A stretch of 63,191 nucleotides of DNA, counting the filler, from Rhabdomonas costata (taxonomy: Eukaryota), in assembly GCA_019059605.1 (NCBI GenBank). It is 47 parts of 47 records of this genome, joined end to end, with 100 filler letters (N's around TTAATTAATTAA, not from the genome) between each part and the next. Parts side by side here need not be neighbours in the genome. Positions count along the whole stretch, not along the records: positions 60,604 to 61,848 come from JAHMHO010022079.1; positions 61,949 to 63,191 come from JAHMHO010022080.1; 45 more parts are not named here. One strand, given 5' to 3'. The position numbers and the translations under genes are program-made. Each line of letters opens with the position of its first letter. Positions within the stretch are counted from its first letter, which is position 1. Shown here one piece after another: positions 60,786-63,191 of this stretch. Under the pieces are notes generated by a model, which had not been told where the DNA came from, made no database searches, and was given only the letters and a program-made list of their open reading frames with translations.

Positions 60786-61830
60786 CTCCACTTTGGCGAT
60801 GCTCTCTCGGCCGCCCTGGAAGTTCTGTGCCTCCGCTTCGATGGCCTTGCACTTGGCCTCAGCTGCGGCCTGCTGGCCCTTCAGCTCCTCGGCCTTCGCC
60901 GCCAGCGAGGCGACCTCCGCTTCCATCTGCTGGCACTCCTCCAGCAACTAAAAACCCCAGAAAGGAACGCATGCAAAAGGGATTCCCTGAACATTTCATT
61001 CAGGGGGTAAGAGGAAGAGAATATGTTCCGTAATAGGATGAGCTTCTTCAGAATAAAGAACGGCAGAGAACAAGTGAAGAGGTAAGAGAGGTGACGCACG
61101 TCCATCGGGGTGAACTCACGACTAACTTATTTATTTCCACAAAACATATTTGACGCAACCGCACCGTGGAACCTCTAATCAGCTTGCCACAGACACAAAA
61201 CATATTTGTCGCAACCGCACCGTGGAACCTCTAATCAGCTTGCCACAGAGGACATGAAAGCCCTCTCCTAGAAAGAATAGATGCGAGTGTGAGGTGGGGA
61301 AAGGAAGAGGAGACCGACAGAGGGAAGGGTGCTGATGACCTGATGGTGCTCGCAGTGCTGCAGTCGGTCCTGCAGCTGGTCCCGCTCGGCCTGCTTCAGC
61401 TCAAGCTCCCGGGCAGCCCTCTGGTAGGCCGCCTTGCCTGTGGCTATCCTTCGCAGCTCACTGATAGAGTGGTGAAGGTATTCACTCCGTACTAGAACAG
61501 CCAAACCGACTCATATGCTTACCTGGACCAATGGAACACGAGACATGAAGGAAGAGCAGCTTGCAAACTGCAAGGGCGGATGTGAGCGATTGCGAGGATT
61601 CTGCGCATTGCAATTCCGGATTTGCAGGTGATATAGAATTAGAGGATTGTGCAGTTTGGAAAAAGATTCTTGCGCTTTGTGGAAGAAAGGATAGACCCCT
61701 GGACTCTTTCACACGACGGCAGACCTCACGAGGTGCTGCTGCTGTTTTTGCAGCTCTTCAAGCTCGGCGTGCTTCTCGTTAAGGCGCTGCAGCGCCGAAA
61801 GGGTGTGGCCGAGATTCCCTCGGGCACCAC
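60786..61830 (-). CDS. SMC2: SMC2 (condensin) post-hinge coiled coil, 3 exons
   Basis: Exons 61830-61725, 61460-61340, 60947-60786 in phase: GGARGNLGHTLSALQRLNE...YQRAARELELKQAERDQLQDRLQHCEHHQLLEE...AEAKCKAIEAEAQNFQGGRE, collinear with SMC2 after its GTLSGGAR motif. Confidence 0.78.
61138..61249 (+). repeat. 56-bp tandem duplication in an SMC2 intron
   Basis: CACAAAACATATTTG(A/T)CGCAACCGCACCGTGGAACCTCTAATCAGCTTGCCACAGA twice, one mismatch. Confidence 0.95.
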
Positions 61831-63191
61831 CTGAATGTACCCCAAAAANNNNNNNNNNNNNNNNNNNNNNNNNNNNNNNNNNNNNNNNNNNNTTAATTAA
61901 TTAANNNNNNNNNNNNNNNNNNNNNNNNNNNNNNNNNNNNNNNNNNNNACGGAAGCACCCCCCCCCTTTTTTTTTTGAAATGATGACATAATGTTACAAT
62001 CTGAGAACGGAGGGTGTGAATATTATCAACAAGCAGGATGTTATTTTAAGTATGTTATTTCTTTTGGTTTAATAAGCTATTCTAGTTAAATGGGGCATAA
62101 AATTATGACCCCCAAACGAAAGATGTGATTAAACGGATGCGAGATATACACATGTGATATACACACACCTTGTTTCCAGTCCCCGGACACGTGCTGCCAT
62201 CCATACGTCAGTGGCAGGTCTGCCGCCGGATTGGCCACCAAGTTGGGCCCGCCCAGAGCAGTGCCCCACCGAAGGTCAACAGTGCTGGGGACGCCCCTGC
62301 ACAGTCAAAGTGAAGTGCGTGTGTCTGTCTCTGTGCGTTTTGGCTATGCAAACAGAAGCTTTGTCACGCCTCATCAACACAAGAATATCCAGCAAGACTG
62401 TGGGTCCCCAACGACCAGCCCCTGCAGATCTATGGGTACCCACACACTTTTATTGAAGACAATTGAAGACAAATACAACCACTTGTACCTTCAGGTACAT
62501 CCACAGTACCACAGTACCTCAAAGATGGCTGGTGTGCGCAAAGAAAACCCCACGCATAGTTTATTTCCGCCCCGTCAAATTAGCGAGTTAAGGAGTTTGA
62601 GAGTTTTGGTCACACTGAAACTGGAAGTGTTTTTCCCTTGCGCAAAAGTGATGATGAGACTCACACAGAACCACCACAGAAGTTGATCCAGAAAGTGAGA
62701 GAGGAGAAAATAAAGACAGGACGGCCAAGCGGCATCCAAAATGATGATCACCACTTGCGAACCACAGGCGAACCCCCGGCCCAAATATGCAAACTTGAGT
62801 TCCATACCCGTCCTCCGGCATGCCTCTCCCCGTTTTCGCCTTTTTCGGAGAGGAAGGGCTCCCAGCCTGAAGGGTTCCCCCTGCGGGATCGACCCGTGGG
62901 GAGGTGTCAGAGCGTCTCAGCGTACCAAAGTAGAGGCTGTCAAAGTATACCTGAAGCCAATCCCCCCGCCAAGGAAAACAAAGTTCAGCCCCCAAATACT
63001 GCGATTCCATGTGAAAACGATTTCCAGGAAAAGGTATATAAGGGTGTAGAAAACTGACAGAAAAACGATGCGCCACTCTCAGCAGTTCAAAAACCAAAGT
63101 GCATCACACAGGCAAAACTAGACCTACGGGACCTATGGAGCCTACCTCTGTGGTAGTGGGTGCGTCCTCAGCGGCGTAGGACCACAACCCC

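Noticed and set aside
61949..63191. Several 100-170 aa ORFs, possible LINE relic
   Set aside because: No recognisable endonuclease or RT motif.

Overview
This is not one locus. It is a concatenation of 47 unlinked contigs of about 1.25 kb, joined by 46 artificial 100-bp spacers (N44-TTAATTAATTAA-N44, stops in all six frames), so neighbourhood across spacers has no biological meaning. The DNA is nuclear sequence from an intron-rich eukaryote: short GC-rich exons, spliceosomal introns, many microsatellites and TTAGGG-type repeats. A mitochondrial-type presequence, PPR/OPR-like repeats and a kinetoplastid/euglenid-style cyclase-like motif suggest a mitochondriate, possibly euglenozoan protist (inference only). 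Most ORFs in the supplied track are spurious; real genes appear only after splicing. Gene fragments recognised by eye: Kelch protein, cyclophilin, AAA+-like NTPase, two paralogous SPRY-like exons, bacterial-type CoA-disulfide reductase, LRR protein, Cys-rich module protein, PPR-like protein, FKRP/LicD-like transferase, IQ protein, ART-like ADP-ribosyltransferase, MASE3 sensor, PPDK, ALG8, a 39-aa helical-repeat protein, a receiver domain, NudE, kinesin-6-like motor, pseudo-cyclase, EGF-like protein and SMC2, plus degenerate transposon relics. G/T-only contig starts, A/C-only ends and terminal fold-backs point to whole-genome-amplification artefacts. No complete new system can be shown from such fragments. 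The best leads are the intronless 39-aa repeat protein, the FKRP-like Zn-finger transferase, the intron-containing MASE3 sensor, the SPRY-like family and relaxed splice signals. All family calls are motif matches from memory, with no database search.
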